The notes: generated from the sequence alone by a model not told the origin. A DNA stretch of 64,000 nt from Rickettsia typhi (GCA_945865905.1 CAMBFC010000002.1:28333-92332); one strand, 5' to 3'. Counted from the stretch's first letter, positions 9,412 through 18,434 are shown. Translations and numbers: made by a program.

Positions 9412-10378
9412 TTTGATTGATATTTATTTTTTTTACAGAATCTTTTAAAAATTCTGACGCTAATTTTACATCATCAAAAATATTTTTTTCTACAAACTGA
9501 TGACGGAACCATGTTAATTGGCGCTTTGCATAGTTTCTGGTTTTTTGTGCCGCAGTTTCAAGCGCTTTTTCGTAAGTGATTTTTTGCTGAAGAAAATCTT
9601 TTATTTCAGCAAATCCTAGTGTTTTAGAAATCTGAGAATTATCATTGAATCCCTCGTTTATCAAGGCTTCAACCTCCTCTATAGCGCCATTTTTTAACAT
9701 GATTTCAAAACGCGAATTACAATTTTTATAAAGCTGCTCACGCGGTATATTTAAATTTATATGAGTAAAAATTTGTGAATCAAAAATCTTTTTTGTTGGC
9801 TGTTTTTGCCACCAAAAAATTGTTTTTCCGGTTTGCTTTAATACCTCATAAGACCTTATTAGGCGCTGTTTATCAAGGTTTTCTAATTTTTTATTATTCT
9901 TTTCTAAAATTTCCGCCCCCACCTCTTCTGAATTTTTTTCTGCACTAAGTAAAATTAAATTCTGAACAAATTCTTCGTGCGATAAATTTTTATAAAGCTC
10001 TATAGCTTCTTCTTTTATAGATCCATCAATAGCAGGAATTTCAGCAATACCATCAAGCAATTTTGAAATATACATTCCTGAACCACCAACAATTAAGGGA
10101 ATTTTATTTTGCCACCACGCCTCTTCTAATGCTGATTTTACTAACTGCAGCCATAATCCAACTGAACAAGATTCTTCTGGCAAAAAATGTGAATATAAAA
10201 AATGAGGGGCAATTTTTATATCTTGCGTAGTGGGTTGCGAAGATAAAATTGGCAAACCTCGATAAATTTGCAAAGCATCAGCGTTAATAATGGCAATATC
10301 GCTATAATCAGCCGCCTGCAAAGCTAGAGATGATTTTCCTGAAGCAGTTGGGCCAGAAATTATTATAGCTTTTTTCAT
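9398..10378 (-). CDS. miaA: tRNA dimethylallyltransferase
   Basis: P-loop IIISGPTASGKSSLAL, IINADALQIYRGL, GGSGMY, and RNYAKRQLTWFR. Confidence 0.9.
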   Translation of the reverse strand: MKKAIIISGPTASGKSSLALQAADYSDIAIINADALQIYRGLPILSSQPTTQDIKIAPHFLYSHFLPEESCSVGLWLQLVKSALEEAWWQNKIPLIVGGSGMYISKLLDGIAEIPAIDGSIKEEAIELYKNLSHEEFVQNLILLSAEKNSEEVGAEILEKNNKKLENLDKQRLIRSYEVLKQTGKTIFWWQKQPTKKIFDSQIFTHINLNIPREQLYKNCNSRFEIMLKNGAIEEVEALINEGFNDNSQISKTLGFAEIKDFLQQKITYEKALETAAQKTRNYAKRQLTWFRHQFVEKNIFDDVKLASEFLKDSVKKININQNEVH

Positions 10379-11061
10379 AACAATCCCTCTTGCTTAAAAC
10401 TAAAAATACCATTTTTTCCAACAATCAAATGATCGAGAATTGTAATATTTAGCGGCTTTAATGCCGCATTAATTTCGTTGGTTGTTTTTATATCTGAGGC
10501 AGATGCGCGTAAGTCTGAAGTTGGATGATTATGCAATAAAATAATCGAAGAAGAGTGCAGCAATAAAGATTTTTTTACAATTGATTTTACGCTAATTTGC
10601 ACATGATCATTTTCACCGATTCCCAATAGCTCATCTTCAATTAGTTGAAAATTTTTATTTAAAAATAACACACGAAAAACTTCATGATTTAAATTTGTCA
10701 GAGCAGCTGTGGCATGATCTACAACCGCTTGCCAATTATCTAAAACGGGCTTTATTTTAGCGCGACTTTTTAAAACTCGATTAATAATTTCAGCAATAAT
10801 TTTTAGATTTACAATCGCAGAATCGCCCACTCCATCAACAGTTTTTAACATTTCAATATCAGCGTTAATAATTGCCGAAAGATTGCCGAATTTTGCCAAA
10901 AGTTTTTTAGCAATTGGTTTAGCATCTTGCCTTGGGAAGGCAGCAAATAAAAGGATTTCAAGCAATTCATATTCGTGCAATTCTTTACCTAGTGATGCAA
11001 GAAATTTTGCTCGCACTCTTTTGCGATGACCTAAATAATCAATTTTTTCTTCTGATTTCAT
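10375..11061 (-). CDS. radC: RadC-family JAB/MPN domain protein
   Basis: LGHRKRVRAKF N-terminus, HhH region, and the C-terminal JAMM motif LLHNHPTSDLRASASDI. Confidence 0.85.
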   Translation of the reverse strand: MKSEEKIDYLGHRKRVRAKFLASLGKELHEYELLEILLFAAFPRQDAKPIAKKLLAKFGNLSAIINADIEMLKTVDGVGDSAIVNLKIIAEIINRVLKSRAKIKPVLDNWQAVVDHATAALTNLNHEVFRVLFLNKNFQLIEDELLGIGENDHVQISVKSIVKKSLLLHSSSIILLHNHPTSDLRASASDIKTTNEINAALKPLNITILDHLIVGKNGIFSFKQEGLL

Positions 11062-11699
11062 AACATTTGTGGCGTAATTATATCACTTGTAAAATTCTTA
11101 ACACCTATTTTTTGTAGGTCACGAAGCCTCGCCAAATCATTAACTGTCCATGCAAATAAAGTGATATCAGAAAATATTTTAGTAAAATTTTTATCAATTA
11201 TAGTGTGTTGAATTGATAAAAATTTGATATGATTTTTTTGCAAGTTTTGATGATATGTAATAAATTTTTCTGAAGATAAATTCTCACATACAGCCATAAT
11301 CTGCGGATCTTTAAAGCTATTTTGTAAAGCATTATAAACAGGAATTGCTTTATTTAAATCTGTGATAAAAGGCGCAAAAAAAACTTTTTTAATATCGATT
11401 TGCGCCGCCTCAATTTCTTTTGCTAAAATTTTTACAGCTTCAATAGCATTGAGTTCATTAAGGTTTTTAAAATCAATCCAATATTCAAAATCATTTTTAA
11501 AAATAAAATATTCATGCAGCCGTGGCAGATCTTTATTTTTTTCTGGCATATCATGATTTATTACGAGAGAATCGTTGATAAACCACACATCGAACTCGAT
11601 GCCAGAAAAATTTTGCTGACGAGCTTCGCGCAAACTAGCGAGAGAATTTTCTGAGGCTTGTTTTGTTACAAAACCACGATGGGCAAAAATTTTAATCAT
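11058..11699 (-). CDS. glycerophosphodiester phosphodiesterase family protein
   Basis: IFAHRGF...ENSLASLREA...GIEFDVW (GDPD catalytic His/Arg/Glu pattern). Confidence 0.75.
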   Translation of the reverse strand: MIKIFAHRGFVTKQASENSLASLREARQQNFSGIEFDVWFINDSLVINHDMPEKNKDLPRLHEYFIFKNDFEYWIDFKNLNELNAIEAVKILAKEIEAAQIDIKKVFFAPFITDLNKAIPVYNALQNSFKDPQIMAVCENLSSEKFITYHQNLQKNHIKFLSIQHTIIDKNFTKIFSDITLFAWTVNDLARLRDLQKIGVKNFTSDIITPQML

Positions 11700-11702
11700 T
11701 TT

Positions 11703-12020
11703 ATGAAAAAAGAATTTTTAATTATCACAACAACTTATCCCAAATTAAGCGAAGCTAAAAAACTGGCAAAAATTTTGCTAACAAAAAAATTAGCTGCCTG
11801 TGTTCAATTTACAAAAATTGAAAGTTGTTTTAATTGGCAAAATAAAATCTCTAGCGAGAAAGAAATTTTACTTTCAATCAAAACTAAAGCAAATTTTTAT
11901 AAAAAAATCGAAAAAGAAATTTTAACCAACCATCCTTACAAAACCCCGCAAATTATTGCAACTAAGATTGAGCAAGGTTTTTCTGACTATTTCAATTGGA
12001 TTGAATCTTTTGCTAGATAA
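11703..12020 (+). CDS. cutA: divalent-cation tolerance protein CutA
   Basis: Start moved to the ATG at 11703 (MKKEFLIITTTYPKLSEAKKLAKILLTKKLAACVQ...). HPYKTPQII near the C-terminus. About 105 aa. Confidence 0.8.
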   Translation: MKKEFLIITTTYPKLSEAKKLAKILLTKKLAACVQFTKIESCFNWQNKISSEKEILLSIKTKANFYKKIEKEILTNHPYKTPQIIATKIEQGFSDYFNWIESFAR

Positions 12021-12443
12021 ACAAATTTTATAATTATTTTACATCTTACGCTCCCTTATTTAGAGGACTCGCCGCACCAACCCAAAAATCTCAAAAAAGA
12101 CTAGCTTATTTGACTAATTTAAGTTTAAATCTGATTAGATTTTTTAAACTATCTTTGCTTTCGCTGAAAAACCAAAACAAAAAACCGCATTTCGCGCTGT
12201 TTAAAAAGTCGCTGACAAATTTTTAAGCCTGTTAAGATTCTCTCAATTGAGGCTTCTATAAGCAGATTTTACAAGACTTAGATGGAAAAATTATTTTCTT
12301 TAAATGCTTTTATTTTTAAAAGTTAGGTTTATGAATAAAACTACTAACATCCGCCAGATCAATGAATTCGCGGTTTTAACGCTGTTTATTTAAAGAAATA
12401 TTTTTCCTCTGTCTTCATTATTAGACAAATTTTAGAGGAATAA
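12021..12443 (+). promoter_or_regulatory. long (423 nt) non-coding leader/promoter region upstream of rne
   Basis: By far the longest non-coding stretch in a window where most gaps are 0-100 nt. It ends in a good SD (GAGGAATAAATG). In E. coli the rne leader is autoregulatory; no structure was verified here. Confidence 0.35.
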
Positions 12444-14660
12444 ATGACAAATAAAACAATTATAATTGACGCAGCGCATCGCGAAGAAACGCGCGTGGCT
12501 GTGTTAGAAAACGGTATTTTGCAAGATTTTGACCGCGAGGCGGTTGGAGTTAAGCATATCAAAGGCAATATTTATCTTGCCAAAATCACTAGGGTTGAGC
12601 CCTCTCTTCAAGCTGCTTTCATCGATTATGGTGAAGAGCGCCACGGATTTTTACCTTTCGCCGATATCCACCCAGAATATTACAACCTTCCCGAAGCAGA
12701 AAAACAAAAGCTTCGTGAGCTTACCGCTCGTGAAGTTGCTTCTGCTCCTATTGAAGTAGCGGAAGAAGCTGAGGGTGCGCCAATCCTTGCTGCACAAGCT
12801 TCTAGAGATGATGTTAGAACTGCTGATCGCAGAGAAGATCGTCCTGAAAGACGCAGTGATGATCGTGGAGATAGACGCAACAACGATCGCGGCGGTGACA
12901 GACGCGGCGATGACCGCGGTGGACGCGATCGTCGTGATGATTCTCGTGGCAGAGAACCGCGCGAACGCGATGAAGATCCTGAATCTACAATGACTACAGG
13001 CTCATACTCTGTTGAGGATGAAACCGAAAATCACAGCAGCAATATTCACACTATTTACAAGCGCTATAACATTCAAGATGTTATAAAGCCCGGTCAAGCC
13101 TTATTGATTCAGGCCACCAAAGAAGAGCGCGGCAATAAAGGCGCCTCAATGACAACCTATATTTCTTTAGCAGGAAAATATTGCGTTTTAATGTCAAACA
13201 CACCCAATAAAGGCGGAGTTTCACGCAAGGTTGATAATTTTCGCGATCGCAAAATTTTAAAGGCAATTTTAGGTGAACTTACAATTCCCGCAGAAATGTC
13301 TGTTATCATTAGAACCGCAGGCGTTGGCAAAAAACCAGAAGAAATCAAGCGCGATTATGAATATCTCAGCAGATTGTGGGAAAGCATCAACGAAATGGCC
13401 AAAATATCTACAGCGCCAACATTTATCCATGCTGAAGATGATGTTATAAAACGCTGCATTCGTGATGTTTATAATGAACAAGTCAGCGAAGTTGTGATTG
13501 AAGGACAAGTTGCTTTTGATAGCGTGTCAAACTTTATCAAAGCTACAATGCCTTATGGTGAGCACAATATTAAATTGCATGATGAGCGCGTTCCCGTTTT
13601 CAATAAACATCGTGTTGAACAACAAATTGCCGCACTTTATGAAAAAACCATACCACTAAAATCTGGTGGATCAATTGTGGTTGATCACACTGAGGCATTG
13701 GTTGCAATCGATGTGAACTCTGGTCGCTCTACCAAAGAAAGTGGCGTTGAAGAAACCGCTTATACAACAAACCTAGAAGCTGCTCGCGAAATCGCAAGAC
13801 AACTACGCCTGCGCGATTTGGCTGGCCTTATTGTTATCGATTTTATCGATATGTATGACCAAAAACATCGTCGCAATATTGAACGCACTTTGCGCGATGA
13901 ATTACAAAATGATCGCGCTCGCATTCAGCTTGGTCGCATCAGTCTTTTTGGCTTGATGGAAATGTCGCGCCAACGACTTGGTGCCAGCTTATTTGAAACC
14001 ATCACTGAGCCTTGCAAACATTGCAGCGGAACCGGATATATTCGCTCTGTAGAAATTCTTGCGGTTGGCATTCTGCGCTCTATCCGCCACGCTTGCGCTG
14101 ATAAACAAGTTGGAGTGATTTATGTTTATACTTCTCACGAAGTGATTTCATACATCGCAAACTACAAAAAACGCGACATCATTGCGGCAGAACAAAACTA
14201 TAATGTGCACATCTTTATGCATCACAGCGACGATGTTGGCAATGGCGGCTTCACAATCAAAAAACGCAAAGGCCTTTCTGATGATGAAAGACGCGAGCTA
14301 GAAATGGAAGTCACTACTGGCAAAGTTAATCAGCTTGGATTAGAGCGCCTCTTTATTGAAAGCGATGCAGCTGAAAAGCCGATGGGAGAAGAAAACATTA
14401 CCGAAGATAGGCTTCCTCGTGATCGCGATGATCGCAGAGATAATAGAGATAGTAGAGATAGTAGAGGAGATCGCGGCAGTGATAACAGGGGTGGTGATAG
14501 AAGAAATGGTGGTCGCAATAATAACCAGCGCTTCAATAACAAAAGACCTCGCAGCAGTGATAATAGAAGGTTTGACGATAGAGGAGATCGCGGTGGCTCA
14601 CAAAATAGAAGCAACTCATCTTCATCAATTCTTGGATCATTTTTGAAGATTTTTAAATAG
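12444..14660 (+). CDS. rne: ribonuclease E/G family endoribonuclease (RNase E) with Arg/Asp-rich insertions
   Basis: S1 domain GNIYLAKITRVEPSLQAAFIDYG, catalytic core VAIDVNSG...LAGLIVIDFIDM, Zn-link CKHCSGTGY. Arg/Asp-rich low-complexity segments lie after the S1 region and at the C-terminus. Confidence 0.9.
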   Translation: MTNKTIIIDAAHREETRVAVLENGILQDFDREAVGVKHIKGNIYLAKITRVEPSLQAAFIDYGEERHGFLPFADIHPEYYNLPEAEKQKLRELTAREVASAPIEVAEEAEGAPILAAQASRDDVRTADRREDRPERRSDDRGDRRNNDRGGDRRGDDRGGRDRRDDSRGREPRERDEDPESTMTTGSYSVEDETENHSSNIHTIYKRYNIQDVIKPGQALLIQATKEERGNKGASMTTYISLAGKYCVLMSNTPNKGGVSRKVDNFRDRKILKAILGELTIPAEMSVIIRTAGVGKKPEEIKRDYEYLSRLWESINEMAKISTAPTFIHAEDDVIKRCIRDVYNEQVSEVVIEGQVAFDSVSNFIKATMPYGEHNIKLHDERVPVFNKHRVEQQIAALYEKTIPLKSGGSIVVDHTEALVAIDVNSGRSTKESGVEETAYTTNLEAAREIARQLRLRDLAGLIVIDFIDMYDQKHRRNIERTLRDELQNDRARIQLGRISLFGLMEMSRQRLGASLFETITEPCKHCSGTGYIRSVEILAVGILRSIRHACADKQVGVIYVYTSHEVISYIANYKKRDIIAAEQNYNVHIFMHHSDDVGNGGFTIKKRKGLSDDERRELEMEVTTGKVNQLGLERLFIESDAAEKPMGEENITEDRLPRDRDDRRDNRDSRDSRGDRGSDNRGGDRRNGGRNNNQRFNNKRPRSSDNRRFDDRGDRGGSQNRSNSSSSILGSFLKIFK

Positions 14661-14672
14661 AATCTTTTTTGT

Positions 14673-14731
14673 AAAAAACCTGCTTATTTTGCGTGAACCT
14701 TATGGGATTTGCAAAAATAAGCAGGTTTTTT
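14673..14731. terminator. bidirectional intrinsic terminator between convergent rne and the ABC ATPase gene
   Basis: A6-AACCTGCTTATTTTGC-(loop)-GCAAAAATAAGCAGGTT-T7. The stem is about 16 bp with one bulged A, flanked by an A-tract and a T-tract, so it should work in both directions. Confidence 0.7.
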
Positions 14732-14766
14732 TATGCGCTTTTTTAAGATTTTGTGCAATAGAAGAA

Positions 14767-15528
14767 TTATACGCCAACTTTGATCGGGCCTTTCGCCTTG
14801 CCATGAATAAACTGATCTAGATATTCATTTTTTGATGAATACATATCTTTTACATCGCCAAACCAAATGATTTTTCCCTCATAAAGCATTGCAATTTTAT
14901 CAGCAATTTTTGCTGCCGAATGCATATCATGAGTGATTGTAACTGTTGTGGCGCCAAGCTGTTTTGAGTTTGAGATTATTAGATCATTAATTACATCGGC
15001 CATAATTGGATCCAATCCAGTGGTGGGCTCATCAAAGAAAATAATTTCTGGATTTGCTGCAATAGCTCGCGCCAAAGCCGCTCTTTTCTGCATTCCGCCC
15101 GATAATTCTGATGGATAAAGATTCATCACCCTCTCTTCTAATCCTACAGCTCTAAGCTTTTGTAGCGCAATTTCTTTTGCATCATTTTTGTTTAATTTTG
15201 CTGCGTGAGTTAAGCGAAATGCAACATTTTCCCAAATCGAAAGAGAGTCAAATAAGGCGCCACCTTGAAACAAAAAACCAAACTTTCCCATTAGTTTATC
15301 GCGCTCAAAAGATGAAATATTTGCAACTTCAGTATCATCAATTTTAATGCCTCCAGAAGTTGGCTGAATAAGTGTTGCAATAATCTTAATCAGAACTGAT
15401 TTGCCGCTGCCAGAACCCCCTAAAATGACCAATGACTCACCTTTTTTTACCTCAAGATTGATTCCTGCCAGAACCTCTTTTGAGCCAAAATTTTTGACTA
15501 AGTTTTTTATGCTAATTTTTGTTGTCAC
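14767..15528 (-). CDS. ABC transporter ATP-binding protein (MlaF-like)
   Basis: Walker A GGSGSGKS, signature LSGGMQKR, Walker B IIFFDEPT, H-loop ITHD. Overall similar to MlaF/Ttg2A-type ATPases. No permease gene is adjacent. Confidence 0.85.
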   Translation of the reverse strand: MTTKISIKNLVKNFGSKEVLAGINLEVKKGESLVILGGSGSGKSVLIKIIATLIQPTSGGIKIDDTEVANISSFERDKLMGKFGFLFQGGALFDSLSIWENVAFRLTHAAKLNKNDAKEIALQKLRAVGLEERVMNLYPSELSGGMQKRAALARAIAANPEIIFFDEPTTGLDPIMADVINDLIISNSKQLGATTVTITHDMHSAAKIADKIAMLYEGKIIWFGDVKDMYSSKNEYLDQFIHGKAKGPIKVGV

Positions 15529-15589
15529 AAGAGAATATTTTATGTTTCATTAAGCTTTTATGGCCTTCTGATAAGAAAATCTTAAAACC

Positions 15590-16351
15590 TTACTTCACCT
15601 CAGATAATTTTTTATCAATTATTTTTTTCAATGTTAAATAATCAACATATCCTTCCAAAATTTCACCATTAACAAAAAAAGTTGGTGTTGAGTGTAATTG
15701 TAGTGACTTAGCAGCTTCCATGCGCCATTGCAAAATTTTATTTTGTAATTTTTGATCTTCAATACATGATTTGAAGCGCTCAGAACTCATACCATCCAAC
15801 TTGGCGATTGATTCTAATTTTTCAGTATATTTGGGATCGAACGCCCAAGAATCTTGGGTTTTAAATAAAGCTTTTACAAGTCCATAATATTTTTCAGCAC
15901 GATTTTCTTTTTCATCAGAAGAGCGACATTCAGCAACCATTGCAGCAACCAAAGCTTGCTGGTTCAAAGGAAAATCACGATAAACAAATTTTAATTTTCC
16001 TGTATCGATATATTCAGTTTTGATTTTTTCAAAAGCCTCGCGATAGAAGATGGCGCAGTGCGGGCAGGAAAGAGAGGCATATTCAATCATAACGACTGCA
16101 GCCTTTTTATCACCAAGAAATAGCTCACTTTCTCTAACTTTTAGTAAAGTTTCGTCGCGCTTAACTACACCTTCTGCAGCCTCTTTATTCACTGCTTCAC
16201 TAACTGCATCTTGAGGGTTTGCCTCCACTGATTGCGGTGGGGTTTTAGAGTATTTAAAAGAAGTTTTAGTGTTATAATTGCGCACTACAAGCGCAATAAA
16301 GCCAATTAAAAGAGCGACTATAATTGTAATTACAAATTTTTTATTCTTCAT
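15590..16351 (-). CDS. DsbA-family thiol:disulfide oxidoreductase (membrane-anchored/periplasmic)
   Basis: N-terminal TM/signal segment and the thioredoxin-fold CxxC motif SCPHC in EYASLSCPHCAIF. Confidence 0.8.
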   Translation of the reverse strand: MKNKKFVITIIVALLIGFIALVVRNYNTKTSFKYSKTPPQSVEANPQDAVSEAVNKEAAEGVVKRDETLLKVRESELFLGDKKAAVVMIEYASLSCPHCAIFYREAFEKIKTEYIDTGKLKFVYRDFPLNQQALVAAMVAECRSSDEKENRAEKYYGLVKALFKTQDSWAFDPKYTEKLESIAKLDGMSSERFKSCIEDQKLQNKILQWRMEAAKSLQLHSTPTFFVNGEILEGYVDYLTLKKIIDKKLSEVK

Positions 16352-16439
16352 AAATTGTTGAATTTTGATTTTATTTAATCATAGACTTTACAAGTCAGCT
16401 CTTAATTTAAAATCTATAATTCAAAATTTCTACATTTTC

Positions 16440-17213
16440 ATGAAAAAAATTCCATTATCGGTCTTTATTATTACCAAAAATGAGGCAGATCGCCTTTTGG
16501 CAGTGATTGAAGCAGTAAAACAAATTGCCGATGAAATTATCGTGATTGATTCTGGCAGCACTGATAAAACCTGCGAAATAGCCACTAATGCTGGCGCTAA
16601 GGTAATTTTTAATCAATGGAGTGGTTATGGCCAGCAGAAAATTTTTGGCGAAAATCAATGTCGCAATAAATGGATTTTAAACATTGATGCTGATGAAGAA
16701 GTCTCTCCAGAGTTGGCTTTGGAGCTTGCAAAACTTTTTCAAAACAATCTTCATCAAAAATTCCATGGCTTTCGCGTTAAAATTGTTAATAAATTTCGTG
16801 GCGAAAAAAAACCCCATCGCTTCGCTTATTATTACAATCAATTAAGGCTCTACAACCGCGATTTTGGTGGCTTTAAGAATAGCGCTATTCATGATTCAGT
16901 TGAAATGAAAGGCTCAGCGCAAATTGGGCAACTAAAAAACATCATCTATCACCAATCCTTCCGCTCTTTTGAACATTGGATCGAGAAGATAAATTCTTAC
17001 TCATCAATGCAGGCAAAAGATAGCTTCGCAAAAGGCAAAAAACCATCCATATTAAAAATGATCTTCGCGCCAATTTTAGCTTTTTTTAAAGCGTATTTTG
17101 TGCGTAGATATTTTATTTATGGCTTCAAGGGAATAGGCTACAGCCTTCTATTCGCCTTCTCCCGCTTCGCCAAAGCAGTTAAAACACGCGAACTATTTCA
17201 AAATAAACTTTAA
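16440..17213 (+). CDS. family 2 glycosyltransferase
   Basis: Start moved to the ATG at 16440. LSVFIITKNEADRL...IIVIDSGSTDKT...NIDADE (GT2 DxD-type motifs). Confidence 0.8.
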   Translation: MKKIPLSVFIITKNEADRLLAVIEAVKQIADEIIVIDSGSTDKTCEIATNAGAKVIFNQWSGYGQQKIFGENQCRNKWILNIDADEEVSPELALELAKLFQNNLHQKFHGFRVKIVNKFRGEKKPHRFAYYYNQLRLYNRDFGGFKNSAIHDSVEMKGSAQIGQLKNIIYHQSFRSFEHWIEKINSYSSMQAKDSFAKGKKPSILKMIFAPILAFFKAYFVRRYFIYGFKGIGYSLLFAFSRFAKAVKTRELFQNKL

Positions 17214-17222
17214 AAATAATCA

Positions 17223-17377
17223 ATTCAAAATGAGAGATTGGGTGGCGGGCGACGCTCCTCTGAATCGAGTTTTGATGGTCTACTAACAATGCAAAAGTTT
17301 AACCAAGATCGCAACTAGACCATCACTGTCTGAGAGGCAGAGGAGCGTCGCCCGCCACCCAATCTCTCATTTTGAAT
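17223..17377. repeat. foldback element A: perfect 40-bp inverted arms plus a 75-nt interior with a conserved core
   Basis: 17223-17262 is the exact reverse complement of 17338-17377 (40/40, checked base by base). Inner 10-bp stem 17273-17282/17316-17325. Core blocks CTCTGAATCGAGTTTTG (17258-17274) and TGTCTGAGAGGCAGAG (17327-17342) recur in element B. Confidence 0.85.
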
Positions 17378-18434
17378 CACCTATTAACAAAGAAGCATCA
17401 CCATAAGAATAAAATCTATATCGCTCAGAAACCGCATGACTGTAAATCTCTCTCGCCCTCTCCTTCCCCACAAAAGCAGAAACCAACATAAATAAAGTAG
17501 ATTTTGGCAAATGAAAATTGGTCATCAAAATATCTACAACCTTAAACCTGTAAGGTGGATAGATGAAAATGCTAGTTTTGGTTTTTGCTTCACGCAAAAT
17601 TCCATCCATATCAGCAACCGATTCCAAAACTCGTAATGATGTCGTTCCAACCGCAACCACCCTGCCTCCAGCCGCTCTAACATCATTAATAGTTTTTGCA
17701 GTTTCCGATGAAATCGAAAAAGATTCTTCATGCATATTATGATCTTGCAATCGCTCCGACCTAACAGGCATAAAGGTTCCTGCCCCAACATTTAATGTTA
17801 CAAAAACTTTTTTTATTTTTTTTGTCTCAAGCATTGCAAAAATTTTATCAGTAAAATGTAGCCCAGCCGTTGGCGCCGCAACCCCCGCACCATCGCGCGC
17901 ATAAATTGTTTGGTAATTTTTTTGATCATCTTCCGCAAATTTTGCATCTCTTTTTATGTAGGGAGGAAGTGGTACGGAGCCATATTTATCAAGCTTCTCA
18001 AGATAATCATCATCACTAAATTCAAGCTCTGCAAAACCATCTTCTAATTTTTTTACAATGCGCGCAAAAAAATCTGGCGCAATTTCTAATAGATCTCCAT
18101 CCTTGATTTTCTTGGATCCCCTTACTATCACCCGCCAAATATTTTTAGCAATTTCTTGATCAAGATTAAAATCAATAATTTTATCATTGCCATTCGCATT
18201 AGATCCTGCAAGGCTCTGCATAATTCGCGCCGACATTTTTGCTTTAATAACTCGCACATCATTAAAAACCAGCACATCGCCCTCTTGCAAAAAATCAATC
18301 AAATTGATAAGCTTGCGATCCAATATTTTGGCGCCATCATAAACCAACATTTTGGTTTCTTCCTTAGGAGAAAAAGGCTGTTGCGCAATTAAGTTTTGCG
18401 GCAAAATAAAATCAAACTCAGATAATAAAGACAT
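17367..18434 (-). CDS. queA: S-adenosylmethionine:tRNA ribosyltransferase-isomerase
   Basis: MSLLSEFDFILPQNLIAQQP N-terminus, GAGVAAPTAGLHFT, VGTTSLRVLES, FYSYGDA C-terminus. Confidence 0.9.
   Translation of the reverse strand: MSLLSEFDFILPQNLIAQQPFSPKEETKMLVYDGAKILDRKLINLIDFLQEGDVLVFNDVRVIKAKMSARIMQSLAGSNANGNDKIIDFNLDQEIAKNIWRVIVRGSKKIKDGDLLEIAPDFFARIVKKLEDGFAELEFSDDDYLEKLDKYGSVPLPPYIKRDAKFAEDDQKNYQTIYARDGAGVAAPTAGLHFTDKIFAMLETKKIKKVFVTLNVGAGTFMPVRSERLQDHNMHEESFSISSETAKTINDVRAAGGRVVAVGTTSLRVLESVADMDGILREAKTKTSIFIYPPYRFKVVDILMTNFHLPKSTLFMLVSAFVGKERAREIYSHAVSERYRFYSYGDASLLIGDSK

Noticed and set aside
12529-14646. Several ORFs of 60-96 aa on both strands inside rne (for example 12680-12883, 12775-12993, 14330-14614, 14356-14646).
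   Set aside because: They are products of the repetitive GAT/CGC/AGA codon runs that encode the Arg/Asp-rich segments of RNase E. No independent coding signal.
17327-17342. Possible hammerhead-type ribozyme core (CUGAG...) in the conserved block of the foldback elements.
   Set aside because: The hammerhead core needs CUGANGA plus GAAA and a three-stem junction. Here the blocks read CUGAGAGG and CUGAGGGG, and no GAAA partner is positioned correctly.
17223-17377. Interpretation of the foldback elements as integron attC sites or as retron msr/msd loci.
   Set aside because: In attC sites the conserved R''/R' boxes (RYYYAAC/GTTRRRY) lie at the outer ends, whereas here the conserved parts are internal and no intI gene is present. 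A retron needs an adjacent reverse transcriptase gene, and there is none.
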